From Octopus vulgaris (Eukaryota), in contig OX597814.1 of the NCBI GenBank assembly GCA_951406725.2, forward strand, positions 187,860,001 to 187,924,000: a stretch of 64,000 nucleotides of DNA, in the 5' to 3' direction. Position 1 is the stretch's first letter, and each line of letters begins with the position of its first letter. The notes under the pieces are model-generated. The model saw only the letters and a list, made by a program, of their open reading frames with translations. It was not told the origin of the DNA and ran no database searches. Made by a program: the position numbers and the translations under genes. Below are positions 25,988 through 39,403 of this stretch, one piece after another.

Positions 25988-27556
25988 CATTAGGAAGGAC
26001 GTCCATCTGTATAAACCACACCAAAAACAACTGTACAAGTGAGGTGTAGTCCCTGACCTTTTTAAGGAAGGCAGTAACTTCAAATAAGAACACTGACTAT
26101 CTCATCCAACCTATGATAGCATTGAAAATGAGTGGAAGATGATGGTAGTGATGATGAATATACACAATGAGATTGAATGTCTATCTATAAACTGATAAGT
26201 TGAAAGGTTTAAATACCAGTCCTGACTATGCAAGCAAGGAAAAAGTAGACATTAAAATGACTAGTAGTGCTGATAGTATTACTATTAAGGTATAATGAAG
26301 AAAAGAAACTGAAGTTAGGTGTTAAAACAGTTTTTCAATATTTGATAGTATAGATTATTGGGTGTGGCCTTGTGTCAATTTTTTTTTTTAGTTATAGAAT
26401 GGTGAGTTGGCAGATATAAGAAATTGTGGAGTGTTGGACGAATGCTTTGTAATATTTAATTTTGTCATAAGTTAAATCCCACCAGAGATTTTACTTTGCT
26501 TCTTTTTTTTTTTAAATTTCATTTGTACAAATAAATGAATAAATTTGGAATACATTGAGGTTGATCTTATTTACTATGCCATCATCATTTACTGTCCATT
26601 GTCCATGCTGGCATGGGTTGGACGGTTTGACCAGAGCTGGCAAGTTAAGGAGCTGCACCAGACTCCAGTCTGATTTAGCATGGTTTCTACAGCTGGATGC
26701 CATTCCCAATGCCAACCACTTTACAGAGTGTGCTGGGTGCTTTTATGTGGCACTGTAAAAGTTAAATGGAATCAGTCATCATTTTGTACCATTTTTAAAA
26801 AATTCTTGTATGGGTTGTACTGGTCTTCTCTAGCATACTTGTTGCAATTATGATTTCTCTCCTGTTGTTCAGGGCCCTGGGATTATGTTTTCTGCAGTTT
26901 CCTCTTCTGCACTGTTCCTTCAATTTGGATTGCTTGGTACTTTTTTCTTTTACTTAGCTGCCATCTTCCACACACATTAGAATATATTCAATTAGTTTAA
27001 TCTTAGTACCTGTTTAATTAAATTTGTTATGCCTTAGTTCTTGTTGAATCCCATTTACTTTTGTCTCTCTATATTCTGAATTAAAATTTTTGCTGGTTTC
27101 TTATTTTTTCTGGGTTAATGAACCAAACTTGATCTAGTTAGCTGTCCTTTACATAAATAATTTGGCTTTGAGCCCAGATCAAATATATATATAACTCAAG
27201 CACCAGTTTTATATATATATAACTGGCACTTGGTCAGTTACAATGACAAGATGAAGGTTCCTGTTGAACTGATCAATGGAACAGCTGCTTGTGAAATTAA
27301 TGTCCAAGCGGTAGAGTACTCCACAGACACATGTACCCTTAACATAGTTCTCAGGGAGATTCAGTGTGACACAGATTGTGATAAGGCTGACCCTTTGAAA
27401 TACAGGTACTACTCACTGTTGCCTGCTGAGTGGGCTAAAGCAATGTGAAATAAAGTGTCTTGCTCAAGGACAAACATGCTACCAGATATCAAACTCATGA
27501 CCTTATGATTGTGAGCCAAATGCCCTAAACACTAAACCAGGCACCTTCACCACATA

Positions 27557-27785
27557 CAAGGTTGGCCAAAAGTCACCTGACAGTAAATCAAAATTCCATA
27601 AATATTTTATATTCAATTTTATTTATTCATTCCAATTATGAATGTTTACAAGAGGGACATCAGTTTGAACAATTTTCTTGATGTTTCATATTTAGATGCT
27701 TTTATTAAATACATTCAGTTGTTAAACATGAACCTTGGAATTAAATGGTTTTGATTTACCGTCAGGTGACTTTTGGCCAAACCTG
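27557..27785. mobile_element. Tc1/mariner-type MITE
   Basis: TA|CAAGGTTGGCCAAAAGTCACCTGACAGTAAATCAAAA ... TTTTGATTTACCGTCAGGTGACTTTTGGCCAAACCTG|TA. Confidence 0.88.
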
Positions 27786-29054
27786 TATATATATATATAT
27801 ATCTATATCTATGTATATATATATATAAATATAAAATGGAAATTGTAGTTGTGATACCTGTGCCGGTGGCACGTAAAAAGCACCATCTGAATATGGCCGA
27901 TGCCAGCGCCGCCTTGACTGGCTTCTGTGCCGGTGGCACGTAAAAAGCACCAGCCAATCGTGCTGCTGCCAGCCTCCCCTGGCACCTGTGCTGGTGGCAC
28001 GTAAAAAGCACCCACTACACTCATGGAGTGGTTGGCGTTAGGAAGGGCATCCAGCTGTAGAAACACTGCCAGATCAGACAGGAGCCTGGTGCAGCCTTCT
28101 GGCTTCCCAGACCCCGGACGAACCGTCCAACCCGTGCTAGCATGGAAAACGGACGTTAAACGACGACGATGATGATGATATATATATATATATAGGCACA
28201 GGAGTGGCTTGCTTCCCAACCACATGGTTCTAGGTTCAATTCTACTCTGTGGTACCTTGGGCAAGTGTCTTCTACTATAGCCTTGCACCGATCAAAGCCT
28301 TGTGCATGGATGTTAGATGGAAACTGTAAGAAGCCCATCGTATATGTTATATGTGTGTGTATATTTATATATGTATACGTGTATGTGTGAGACTGTTCCC
28401 ACCATCACTTGACACTGGTGTTGGTTTGTTTACTTTTCCGTAATGTAGCGGTCTGGCAAAAGTGACCCGATAGAATAAGTCCAAGGCTTTAAAGAAGAAA
28501 GTACTGGGGGTCAATTCAGTCGACTTAAATTCTTCAAGGTGGTGCCTCAGCATGGCTGGAATCTATATGTGTGTGTATGTGTGTGTGTGTGGAGGCACAT
28601 GGCTTAGTGATTAGGGTGTTGGACTCATGATAGTAAGATTGTGGTTTCAATTCCTGGACTGGATGGCACATTGTGTTCTTGAGCAAAACATGATATTCCT
28701 CAGTTCACACAGCTGGCAAAAATGAGTAATCATGTGACAGACTGACACCCCGTCCAAGAGATAAATATATACACCACAGAAACTGTGAAAGCAGTCCTAT
28801 AAGTCCATATAATTCTGGAAGGAACTTTATCCTTTCTTTATATTATATTCTTTTTTTCTTTTGCATGTTTCAGTCATTTTGACTGTGGCCATGCTGAAGC
28901 ACTGCCTTTAGTCGAACAAATTGACCCCCAGGACTTATTCTTTGTAAGCCTAGTACTTATTCTATCGGTCTCTTTTGCCGAACCACTAAGTTACGGAGAT
29001 GTAAACACACCAACATCAGTTGTCAAGCAGTGGTGGTGGTGGGAACAAACACAG

Positions 29055-29094
<40 letters not shown>

Positions 29095-30459
29095 GACAGG
29101 CTTCTTTCAGTTTCCATCTACCAAATCCACTCACAAGGCTTTGGTTGGCCCAAGGCTATAGCAGAAGACGCTTGCCCAAGGTACCACACAGTGGAACTGA
29201 ACCCAGAACCATGTGGTTGTGAAGCAAGCTTCTTACCACACAGCCACGCACAACACACACACACACACTGGTAAATTTGAAAAATTAGACTGAATCAGTT
29301 AAATCAGTAGTAACACAAATAATAGTCAGATTTGAGCTCTAAGCTAATGCTAAATATTTTTGTTTTAAATGTTAGATATGACATGCATTTCAATTTAATT
29401 TTGTTTGAGCTATAACTAAAATATGTATAAATATTGAAGATTATAGCTGGGAAAATAACAAGTTTAGCAATTTTTTGTATCAATAACCATCATTGTTTAT
29501 CAGTTTTTCTCTGCTTGCATAAGTAGGCTGGGTCTAGGGCCTTTTCATTTTGCATCACCTCATCAGGTGCTGTTTTTGTTTAGTTAAAGGTCAGTCCTGC
29601 TTGTGCAGACTTTTGATCAAATGCTTTGCTGACGTGACCATCTTGTTGTTTTGTATATAAAATGTATTTTTCATTAAGAAACTAGTGTTAAATTTGAGGG
29701 ATATTTAGCTGCTATGTCTAGCAGGGCAAGCGAATCTGTAAATGCTCCTTTGTTATGCATTATCTTATCAGTGATGTTCTCAGGTGTAACATAATGATTT
29801 CTATCATGTCTTTTGTATCTCTGACAGTTATTTTTAGCACAACTGTCTGCCGTTTTTCTTGAAGCATGCACGATCTTTTCGCATTGTCCATATAAGCATA
29901 GTTGTCTCCCCTCCATACATTAATACCTTCTGTACTTGGACACTTTCTGAATTTGCTTGAACTTTATCATTTCCCTTTGCCATCCAAGAGTGATTTCGTT
30001 TTTACTCTTTTCATTAAATATTATCACTGACTTTTTTTCAATGTTTAGCCAATGTAAAAGAAGTCAGTAATTTTACTGGATTGTTGCTCAGTCCCAGATC
30101 AACTTTGATTAAACAGATTTACAATCAAAGGCATACCAATTATATGACCATGCTGCCTTTTTTCAGGTGTATTAGTATCTATATCTAGGATTACATTATT
30201 TTCACATCTACTTCCTTCTTTCTTTGAAACTCTGGATGTTATTTGTGAGAGATTTGATTGCTATTTCTAGTAGACAGAGTGACCATGTAAAAAACACCCT
30301 CTACACTCTTGGAGTGGTTGGCATTAGGAAGGGCATCCAATTGTTGGACCCTTGCCAAATCAGATCAGAACTTGGTGCAGCTCCCCTAACTTAGCAGTTT
30401 TCACTCAAACTGTCCAACCCACGCCAGCACGGGAAATTGATGTTAAATGATGATGATGA

Positions 30460-30504
<45 letters not shown>

Positions 30505-30789
30505 AATAAATAAAAACATGAAAGTATTGATTTCTAACTTTTGCAAAAGCTGCAAATTTGTAGGGAAGGCATTAATTGAAAGACTGTATAACTTGTACTT
30601 ATTCTATTTAGATTGCTGTGATGGAAGAGAAAGCTTTCTCTGTTGTGACTTGCTTGTAATTAAATGCTGCTGGGTATTTAGTGTAACACTTTATCAATTA
30701 TGTCATTTCATAGCCTTCATATACAACTTTAAAGTATAAAGGAAACATTTTATGTATTTGATCTGAGACTGTGTGGTGAAGCTAAAACA

Positions 30790-31032
30790 ATTACAGCATG
30801 GAACACATATATTAGCCATTCAAAAACACATACTGACTGTTAACTCCACTTAAATATTTATTATTTGGTGTTAACAATTTTTGTTGCACCAACTGCAATT
30901 GGTCATTGATGTGATTCCACTGCAACCAAGTTTCAGTTGGTATGATGAAAATTTTGACACCAAATTAATAAATGCTTAAGTGAAGTTAATGGTGTGTTAT
31001 TTTGAATGGCTAATTTGTCTTCCATACTGTAG
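30790..31032. mobile_element. Palindromic MITE-like repeat (related half copy ~32465-32610)
   Basis: attagccattcaaaa..cacttaaatatttattatttggtgt pairs with acaccaaattaataaatgcttaagtg..ttttgaatggctaat. Confidence 0.65.
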
Positions 31033-31921
31033 TACTACCCAAGAGACAAAAGAATCAACTCAATACTGAGGGAACTATCCAGTTCCCTCAATTTATATAA
31101 ATTACTTAAGAACTAGATGGGTATCAAAATAATAAAGCATGAAACAACTTGATTGGTTAATGTAGGAAACTGCTCTACAAGAACAAGCATATTAATAGTA
31201 TATGTCCTTATGGTCAGAGAGGATCTCCAGGAACTACATTATCTATTTCAACTTTGTCTTTTATCCTCTTGGGGCCAATAAAAGAAATACCAGCTCAGGA
31301 CAGTGGATTGGCAGACGTTTAAGAATGTTGAAGTTGATGCCTTAAGTATTTGTCCTGGCTCTTTGCATTCTGAGTTCAAATCCTACCATTACTGACTTTG
31401 TAGTGGACTTCATCCATTCAGTGCCTGATTTAACACTACAACCTGGCACTTTGGATGTCTTTAGCAGAGTGGACTCTGCTGCAAGCATTATGATTAGATG
31501 TCTGGCTTGAGGATATATTCCTCCCTTCCACAGTTCTCAGAGACCCTGTAAAGAGTCATGGGCACTGCATGTCCGCCCTGACAAGATAAAAAAAAAACAA
31601 GAAGACAGTAAAATGCCTTTGTATTATTCTCATATGATTTTGTGCATACAGATCATCTTAACGTAATACTCTTCTCAACACACACACACACACACTCTCT
31701 CCCTCTTTCTCTCTTATATATATACACACGTAAATGCTCTTAGATAAACAACAGGATAAGGAGGGATTCATATATGAACAGATTTTGTAGATTTATATAG
31801 ACTTAGCTTTCTGAATGCTCAGTTATTCTAATTGTTAATCTTCCATGGATTAATCTGGGTGATTATATAATCTGATTGACATGATTGTTTTCTCTATTGT
31901 CTGTAAGAATATGTGTATGTA

Positions 31922-31957
<36 letters not shown>

Positions 31958-33455
31958 CCTTTCAGAATGAGATTGACCGGTTTGATATCAAGTTATCATA
32001 AATGTTTGTGCATAACTGTTGCATTTGTGGAGTGCAAGTCTGATTACGAATGTATTTTATTGAAAAAAAAAGAAAAAAATTTCACATTTTTTTTTGGAAT
32101 GGTTTTAAAAAAAAAATTTGATCATTTGATAGGTGTAGGTGTGGCTGTGTGGTAAGTTGCTTGCTAACCAACCACATGGTTCCAGGTTCAGTCCCAGTGC
32201 TCTGCACCTTGGGCAAGTGTCTTCTACTATAGCCTCGGGTCGACCAAAGCTTTGTGAGTGGATTTGGTAGACGGCAACTGAAAGAAGCCCGTCGTATATA
32301 TATGTGTATTTGTGTATCTGTGTTTGTCCCCCACCATCGCTTGACAACCGATGTTGGTGTGTTCACGTCCCTGTAACTTAGTAGTTCGGCAAAACTGCAG
32401 TCAAATGACTGAAACAAATAAAAGAGAGAAAAAGAATTTCAATTTTGGATGTGTACTTACCAGGCAAGTGATTTGATCTGATTGTGTATTGAAACTAAAA
32501 CAATTACAGTGTGGAAGATACGTATTAGCCATACAAAAACACACAAAGTATTTCAGCTTCACTTAAATATATATCAATAACAACTTTTTGATGCCAAATA
32601 ATAAATGTTGTAATTAGTCATTTTAATGTTATTGATATAAGTGTTTTAACTACTATGAAACCATCTCTCAGTTAAAATTCATTGTGAGAGCCTCCAATGA
32701 ATTTTAATTGGGAGATGAAAATTTATTCTATTATAAGTTCTTATCTCAGCCTACCATTATAACATCTCATTATGAGTGAAGTTTACTGAGTGAGGTTTCT
32801 CAGCAAGTAATTAGCGGTCTGAACTCTTAGTGAGAAAGGAGGCTGTTCCATCAGCTGTACGTGATCATCTTAAATCCACTCGACCTCTTCTTTGTCAACT
32901 ATCTGTCTCTTTTGTTTGATTATCTGATTACAAGTGCCATCAACTGTCTTTATTAACTAATCATCAGATGTTTTTCATCTACATCTCATTGAGGACATCT
33001 ATATCAGCTTTTCTCTCTTTAAAGTCCTCTTTCTCAGTAACATTGATTCCACAAATCTTTCCAGTTGAAAAAAATTTGATTAACAAATTTTATCTATGTA
33101 ATTATTGATGTAGACAAGTTAAGGAAATTTCTTTCTGTCATCACTTTTCTTGTAATGTATTAGTGGTAATTTAAGACTAAGTTGGCTTAAAAGCTTGGAT
33201 TTTCCATTAAATTTTTTTCTGTATCATTAACTAGGAAATTGAAGCATAAATTCAAATGTGTTAAAATTTTCGAATTTTCCATTTCTAGTATTTAGTTTAA
33301 GTTGCAATTAGTTAAAAAAAAAACTTTTAAACGAATCCAATAAAAAGATTCTAATTTAATTAGTCACATTTAATTTTATGAAGTGAATGCTTGAAAGTAT
33401 AAAGATAAAATTTGAAGGTTAAAATATTTTTAATTCTCTTCATATCTTTTTCAGA

Positions 33456-36400
33456 ATGTCTCAGCCAGTAGCACCTTGGAATCCAGATAATTACGGGAAC
33501 CAGTCTGGCAGTGTTGGACCAGTGACATTTTATAATCCTGCTGAATTTCAAAATAATGTTCCAAGCAATCAGTTTGCTGGTACTTCATTCCAACCATTGT
33601 CTGAAGGTAATACAGTGTCTACTATTACAGACCAACCAATAACTACTGCCGAATGTAATATTAGTAATCAACAAGCTCAGTTACAAACTGTGGCTCCTAC
33701 AATATTTCAACCATCTAATTGTAACAATGTTCAGCCTGCTAACCAGGTGCCGCCTGATAAAGATTCTTTGAACCAGCTAAATGCATCTACAGATAGCAAT
33801 AATACTGTTAATGGCACGTGGGACCCAAACCCTGCATGGGGAGATCATCCAAGTTCTTTCTTTGGTAACCAGTTCACTGGAATGGGGCAGTATCATGAAC
33901 ACAATGTTAGTTCCGTAAACAGTGTTGGAAATGATTCCCATGGAAATAATATTTCTGGTCATGAACAAATTTCAACAGGTACAATTCAGTATTTTGACCA
34001 AAATCAGAACTTGCCAGCTGGAATGAATCAGGATTTATCAGGTGGACAAATGTGGCCAAATATACTATCACCAAACACACAACAGTGGCCTAGTGATACT
34101 TCTAATAATGTTCTTCCGCAGACCTATTTTTCATCAGATTCTAGTAATTCACAACCAACTATCCAGGCTAACTATTCTGCATATCAGAGCCCTTCACCCA
34201 TGTTGTTATCTTCACCTGTTCAAGACCCCAGTTCATCTCTTCAAACTCCAGGACAAAAAATAATAACTACAACAGAATCAAGATATTTTTCTCAAGCACC
34301 TGATAATAACCAAGCTGTTCATTCTCAGAATAGCTGGCCTCAAGTTTCTAATATAGCTGTTAGTAAACCTCTAGAAGCATGTGAGCAGCAAACAACTGCT
34401 GCTGCATTTTTTAATCAGAGTAATACTGGTTTAGATAACTCTCTGTGGGAGCCCACAAAAAACTTGTCAAATTCTAATCCACCAGTTGGGATTTTTCAAC
34501 CACAAAATTATCCAGTTTTAGTGAAAAATGACTCCTATCCAGAACCGAATTCTGTACCTGTTACAGCAACTCCCTCAAACCAGACAGTTGCCGATAATTT
34601 AAGTACATCAGTTGCACAAGCTTTTTCTGTTGGTAACAACTCACAGTCTATTGGGAACAGTATACAAAATAGTGCTGCTAGTGTTGCAGAAGTTAGTAAT
34701 AAATTTAATGAAATTTCACTAAACGCATTGCCTGAGGAATCTGTTCCAACATCAACTGAGGCTGCTAGTTTTGTTCAACAAAACCAGCAGCAACATTTGC
34801 CTTTGGATTCCATAACGAATGTCAACTTGCATGATTCATTCATCACCGAAAACAAAAGCTCAAACTCAAATGACTGCAGTCAGTACATGAAACATGGCTT
34901 ACCACAGTCCACAGAGACTCCTGACCAGGAGTTCATTAATAATTGTAAAGAACATGCTAATACTTCTAGTCAGGTTCATCCAATTACAAATGCAATTGTA
35001 CTTGATAGCTTTAATACAGAGAATTCAAATTTTCAAAATGAACATTTTTCTTTTCCTCAGCTTGCACCGTCCTCTACAATTAAGGAGACTTCAAATCAAG
35101 ATGTGATACCAAAACCAGCTGAACAGCATCATAATTATGACCCCCAGAATAAAATAGTGGCAGCCCCAACTCCGCCTTTGGAGGATTTGGATCAGCTCAA
35201 AGAAAGTATGAAACAGATTCCTAATACTTCCAATATTAATAATACATTTGAATCAGTTGCTAACTCTAAGAAAGAAATGGCATCACAATTTGGCTCAGAG
35301 CAAACTGCATCTTTGAGAAAGGACCATATGCTAAACGTTTTTGCAAGTGAAATTCAGCCAAGAGAATCTAGCCCATTCCAGCCGCCTCCTCCAAGGCAAA
35401 ATTCTGTAGAAGGAAATCGTCCACAATCCATCTCCAGAGGAAGTTCTCAAGAGAGTAGTCGAAGTTTGCGAGGCAGTGTTCATGGAGAACCCAGTTCTAA
35501 AGGAAACCAGAGCCTTAGAGGAAGTGCAACTAAAAGTGATCCATCTCTTCAAGACTGTTGGTCAAATTCTGGTGTTCAGTCATTTTTACGGCAAGGATCA
35601 CAGGAGAGCATTCGATCTGTAGAATCCAATGCATCACGACCCTCTATGGAACAGATTGAAGAACGTGCTAAAGACACAAAGGGTCTTATGCCACCACCAA
35701 AAAATGTAAACCGACATGATCAAACCTCTGCAGCAATCAGGGCCAATGCAGTTGATGCAGCTCGTTTACAAGACTGCATGTCACCTATGACCACATTATG
35801 GGATAATCCCCAGATATCATCAAGTGGCATAATGCTTGTGCCCAGCATACCTGTGGTCAGTTCTGAAAGTTCTACAGCTTTTTCTCTTGTGGCTAAAGGA
35901 TCTAGTACTAGTTCAGAAAACAAAAATATCACTGCAGAAACTTCTATTGCAAGTAAGCGCTCTTTGGATGTCACTAATGATACAACTAACAACAGCAGTG
36001 ACAAATTGGACAGTTCCCAACCTTTGACATCAACTCCAAATTCTTCAAAAACTGCTACTAGTAATCATGATAGTTCTCCAATAAAACCAGAGTTTAAAAG
36101 CCCCCCGCAACAGTATGAAGAAGGCCATACAAAAAAAGACTTTCCTGGATCTCGTGACCCTCACAGTTCTTGGAGTGTTCAGGATGCAAGATTTCCACAG
36201 AACTCACAAGATCGTCATGATTTCAGAGGTTCTCGTGACTCTTTGGATATCCGGGATTCAAAAGGTTATCGAGATCATGACTTCCATGGTTCTAGAGAAT
36301 CTTTAGATATGCGAGATTCTAGACATTCTCGTGAGTACCGAGATCGCGAGCCAGTGGATCTTAGAGGTTCAAAAGGAAGAGAAAGGGATTACCGTCATCC

Positions 36401-36570
36401 TCGAGATTATGATTATGATTATCGAATGCGTTATCACAAGAATCCACGATATGACGCTTACTATGATCGACCTGTGAGTCGACCTGAATTTGAACGTTAT
36501 GGAGAATACAACAATTACTACCGTGATGAAGAACATCATGAATCATATGAAAGGCCACGTTCTAGGCAGG
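33456..36570 (+). CDS. SEC16: Protein transport protein Sec16(A)-like, large first coding exon (disordered N-terminus to Arg-rich region); gene continues beyond window
   Basis: 1038 open codons, low-complexity Q/S/N/P-rich. Acceptor ctcttcatatctttttcag|A directly precedes ATG 33456; donor CAGG|GTTAGT at 36571 (phase 1). SPMTTLWDNPQ..GIMLVPSIP resembles the SPATTLWAQ..NVLLAPAAP motif I recall from vertebrate SEC16A, and the R/D/Y-rich end ERPRSRQG resembles ERPPPRQG. Conserved central domain not seen in window. Confidence 0.8.
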
Positions 36571-36605
36571 GTTAGTATTGACATTTTTACCCTTTTTTTA
36601 ATATA

Positions 36606-36991
36606 CTAGCAGTATCGCCCAGCTTTGCTCGGGTTTGTTTCGACCCTTTAGAATTGGAATTTTTGAAAAGTAAAAATTTTGCATTATGTAGCTTGTTATT
36701 CTCTTTAAGCGAACATTTTTCTGGTTGAAATACAGCGAAAAATGGTGACACAGCAGTAAAAAAATCGTAAAAAATAGGGATTAGAAAAAAAACACCTCTT
36801 TGATGTAAATAATTTTTGGTGTTAGCATGGTCTGATTTGAATTTTTTCTTCTATGGAAGGAAGAGCAAGCCTTCTATCATACTCTCATTTTTGGTCAACT
36901 TGCGCTGCAGGGTCTCGGAGGAGGTAGCGTTAGTTGAAGGCTACCAAACCTGCCATACACAGACAACTTCAGCTTTATATGTATAGAGAGA
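36606..36991 (-). mobile_element. Non-autonomous Helitron
   Basis: On the minus strand: A|TCTCTCTATACATATAAAG start and CCCGAGCAAAGCTGGGcgatactgCTAG|T end, similar to the 3' end at 42702-42729. Confidence 0.75.
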
Positions 36992-37200
36992 TTATTGTAA
37001 ACTTATGCACAGACATATAAACATATCATGTGCATATACAACAGTGTGTATAAGCATATACACATATAAAACAAATAGTAGCGTTAATGAATGTTGGGTT
37101 TAGAGTATTTAGATAATTTTTCAAATTTTGGTACCTATTTTACTTGATGACTTGTTTTCAGTTCAGTTCCATGGCAGGGAATGATCCACACATTTGTAGG

Positions 37201-37505
37201 TGGAGGCACATGGCATAGTGATTAGAGCAGCGGACTCGCAGTTGAGGGATCACGGGTTCGAATCTCAAACTGGACGATGTGTGTTTTTATGAGTGAAACA
37301 CCTAAGCTCCACACAGCTCCAGCAGAAGGTAATGGCGAAACTTCTGCTGACTCTTTTGCCGCAACTTTCTCTCACTCTTTCCTCCTGCATCTTGCAGCTC
37401 ACCTGCGACGGACCGGCGTCCTGTCCAGGTGGGGAACCTATTTACGCCAAGAAACCAGGAAAACGGCCCTTATGAGCCAGGCATGGCTCGAAAAGAAACA
37501 AACAA
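37201..37505 (+). mobile_element. SINE family C, tRNA-derived (relatives + 17600, 22298, 28590; - 9335, 24470, 27225, 38215)
   Basis: Head TGGCATAGTGATTAGAGCAGCGGACTCGCAG..GGTTCGAATCTC; (AAAC)n-like tail. Confidence 0.85.
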
Positions 37506-39403
37506 CAGAACACATTTGTAGCTATCATTTGTTGTTATGCTTTGTTGGATAAAACAAACAAAGAGGTTCCTCTTAAAGTGATTAACCTCATCTATTTGGT
37601 GACATGCAAGAAAGTAGATTCCATCTTTGTTCATGTCTGAAATAGAACCACTTATGTAAAATGAAAGAGGTGTGCATGTATATGTGCCTACTATGAGATG
37701 AGCTGAGCTTTCATTTCTGGCAGCTTCTTCCTATGTTTATAATTATTTGATTTTAGCCATTAAGACTAAGATCATGCTGGAGAACTACTTTTCTTTTTTC
37801 AGTTTATCTTAGCTATCTTGGTCAAGACCATGCTGGAATATTGATTTTAATGTAGACAGTTCTAATGTTGTTGTATCATCTCTGCTCTATGTCCTGATTA
37901 AAATCTTCCCAGGTGATTGGTCTGACTCACTGGAAAGAAATGCATCTTGGCTTCCTTAAAAGTCATAGGGGAAACTTTAGGAGTGGCATACATAAATATG
38001 GACCTTAAAAGACCAAAGTATTGCAGTATAGATTCTTTCGTGTGAACGTGAAGAAAGCTTAGAAATGTGACTATTTTACATCCTTTTCGATCATTTAAGT
38101 GCCTAATAAACCTATTTGCTTGATATTTTTTTTTACATGTGAATGTCATATTTGACTTTGTCAAAAGGTTTTGGTAAAATCAAGTTAGTCAACTCTTAAA
38201 AAAAATAAAATAAATGCGCCCTTTTAAAGCCTAGCCAGGCTCATGGGCCTGGTTTCCCGGTTTCAATGGAGTATGTGTTCCCCAGCTTGACAGGACACCA
38301 ATCCATTGCAGCGTTACTCATTTTTGCGGGCTGAGTGGACTGGAGCAATGTGAAATGAAGTGTTTTGCTCAAGAACACAATGCGTCACCCAGTCCAAGAA
38401 TTGAAACCATAATCTTACAATCATCATGCAGACACCCTAACCACTAAGCCACGTGCCTTCACAGTCAACTCTTAAACATGGGTAATAAACCTTTTCACAA
38501 ATTAGTTTTATTTTGAAGCTACGTCAAGCAGTTTTTTTCTGTATTATGTATTGTTGAAATGGTTGTTTTTCTGAAAGAAGCTTATCCTTCTGTCTTAAAT
38601 TCTTTCTGAAACTTCTTAAAAGTGATAGTATAAACAGCATGAGTTTAATAGTTGCCTGCTTGTGGTTGACTATCATCACTTAATAAATTGATATTGCTAC
38701 TTTTTACTGCATAATTGCATGTGGTTTGTTTAAATAGTTTTGCTGAAATATTCCAGCTAGACTGGCTCTGTTACATTTTAGGAGCCAAGTTTTCATCAAA
38801 ACATTTTACTTCAGTTATTTATCATATTTTGTATAAAGAGCATTACTGTCGGTATTCTTTACACACTCAATGTTCAGTTTGTTGCTCATTTTTATTTAAC
38901 TATAGTTAAATTTAGTCTGATTTTTGAAGCAAGTTTACTTGTATATGAATCCTGTTAGTGGAGAATTGGTTCAGTCTTTTTTTTAATTTGTGTCAAAATT
39001 GGTGTATTGGGTGGTATTGAATATAGTACCATCATAGTACCCTGTATTGAGGTGAACCTCCAGGTTACCCCTTTAGCATTCAGATTACTCTGTCAAACGT
39101 AATGGTTATTTATTCACATTGTTTTGAATTAGTCATGTAGTAACTTGTAGCTTTGAGATTTTGAAGATGTGGTTGCATATTTTTCTAGCGGTGTCATATG
39201 AAATTGTCACCCATAATTTTGACCCTAGTATCGATCTATTGCATTTCAATCTGTTTTAGGGTTAGGGGTGGGAGGAAGGGTATATTTTTTTCTTTACAAA
39301 TGTAAATAAACCCAATCTGTTTCTTAAACGAGGGACATATTCATACGGCACAGAATGTTTTTTTTACCTCAATAGACGCCAGTGATTGGTTGGAATTGCA
39401 GAA

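Noticed and set aside
33456-36575. Complete single-exon 1039-aa gene
   Set aside because: The stop codon lies inside a splice donor and the conserved Sec16 domains are absent, so it is better read as one exon.
37803-37820. 18-nt phase-1 microexon (VYLSYL)
   Set aside because: The donor GTCAAG is poor and lies within a small local repeat.
39255-39268. Telomeric TTAGGG repeat
   Set aside because: Only two units, inside an interspersed repeat.
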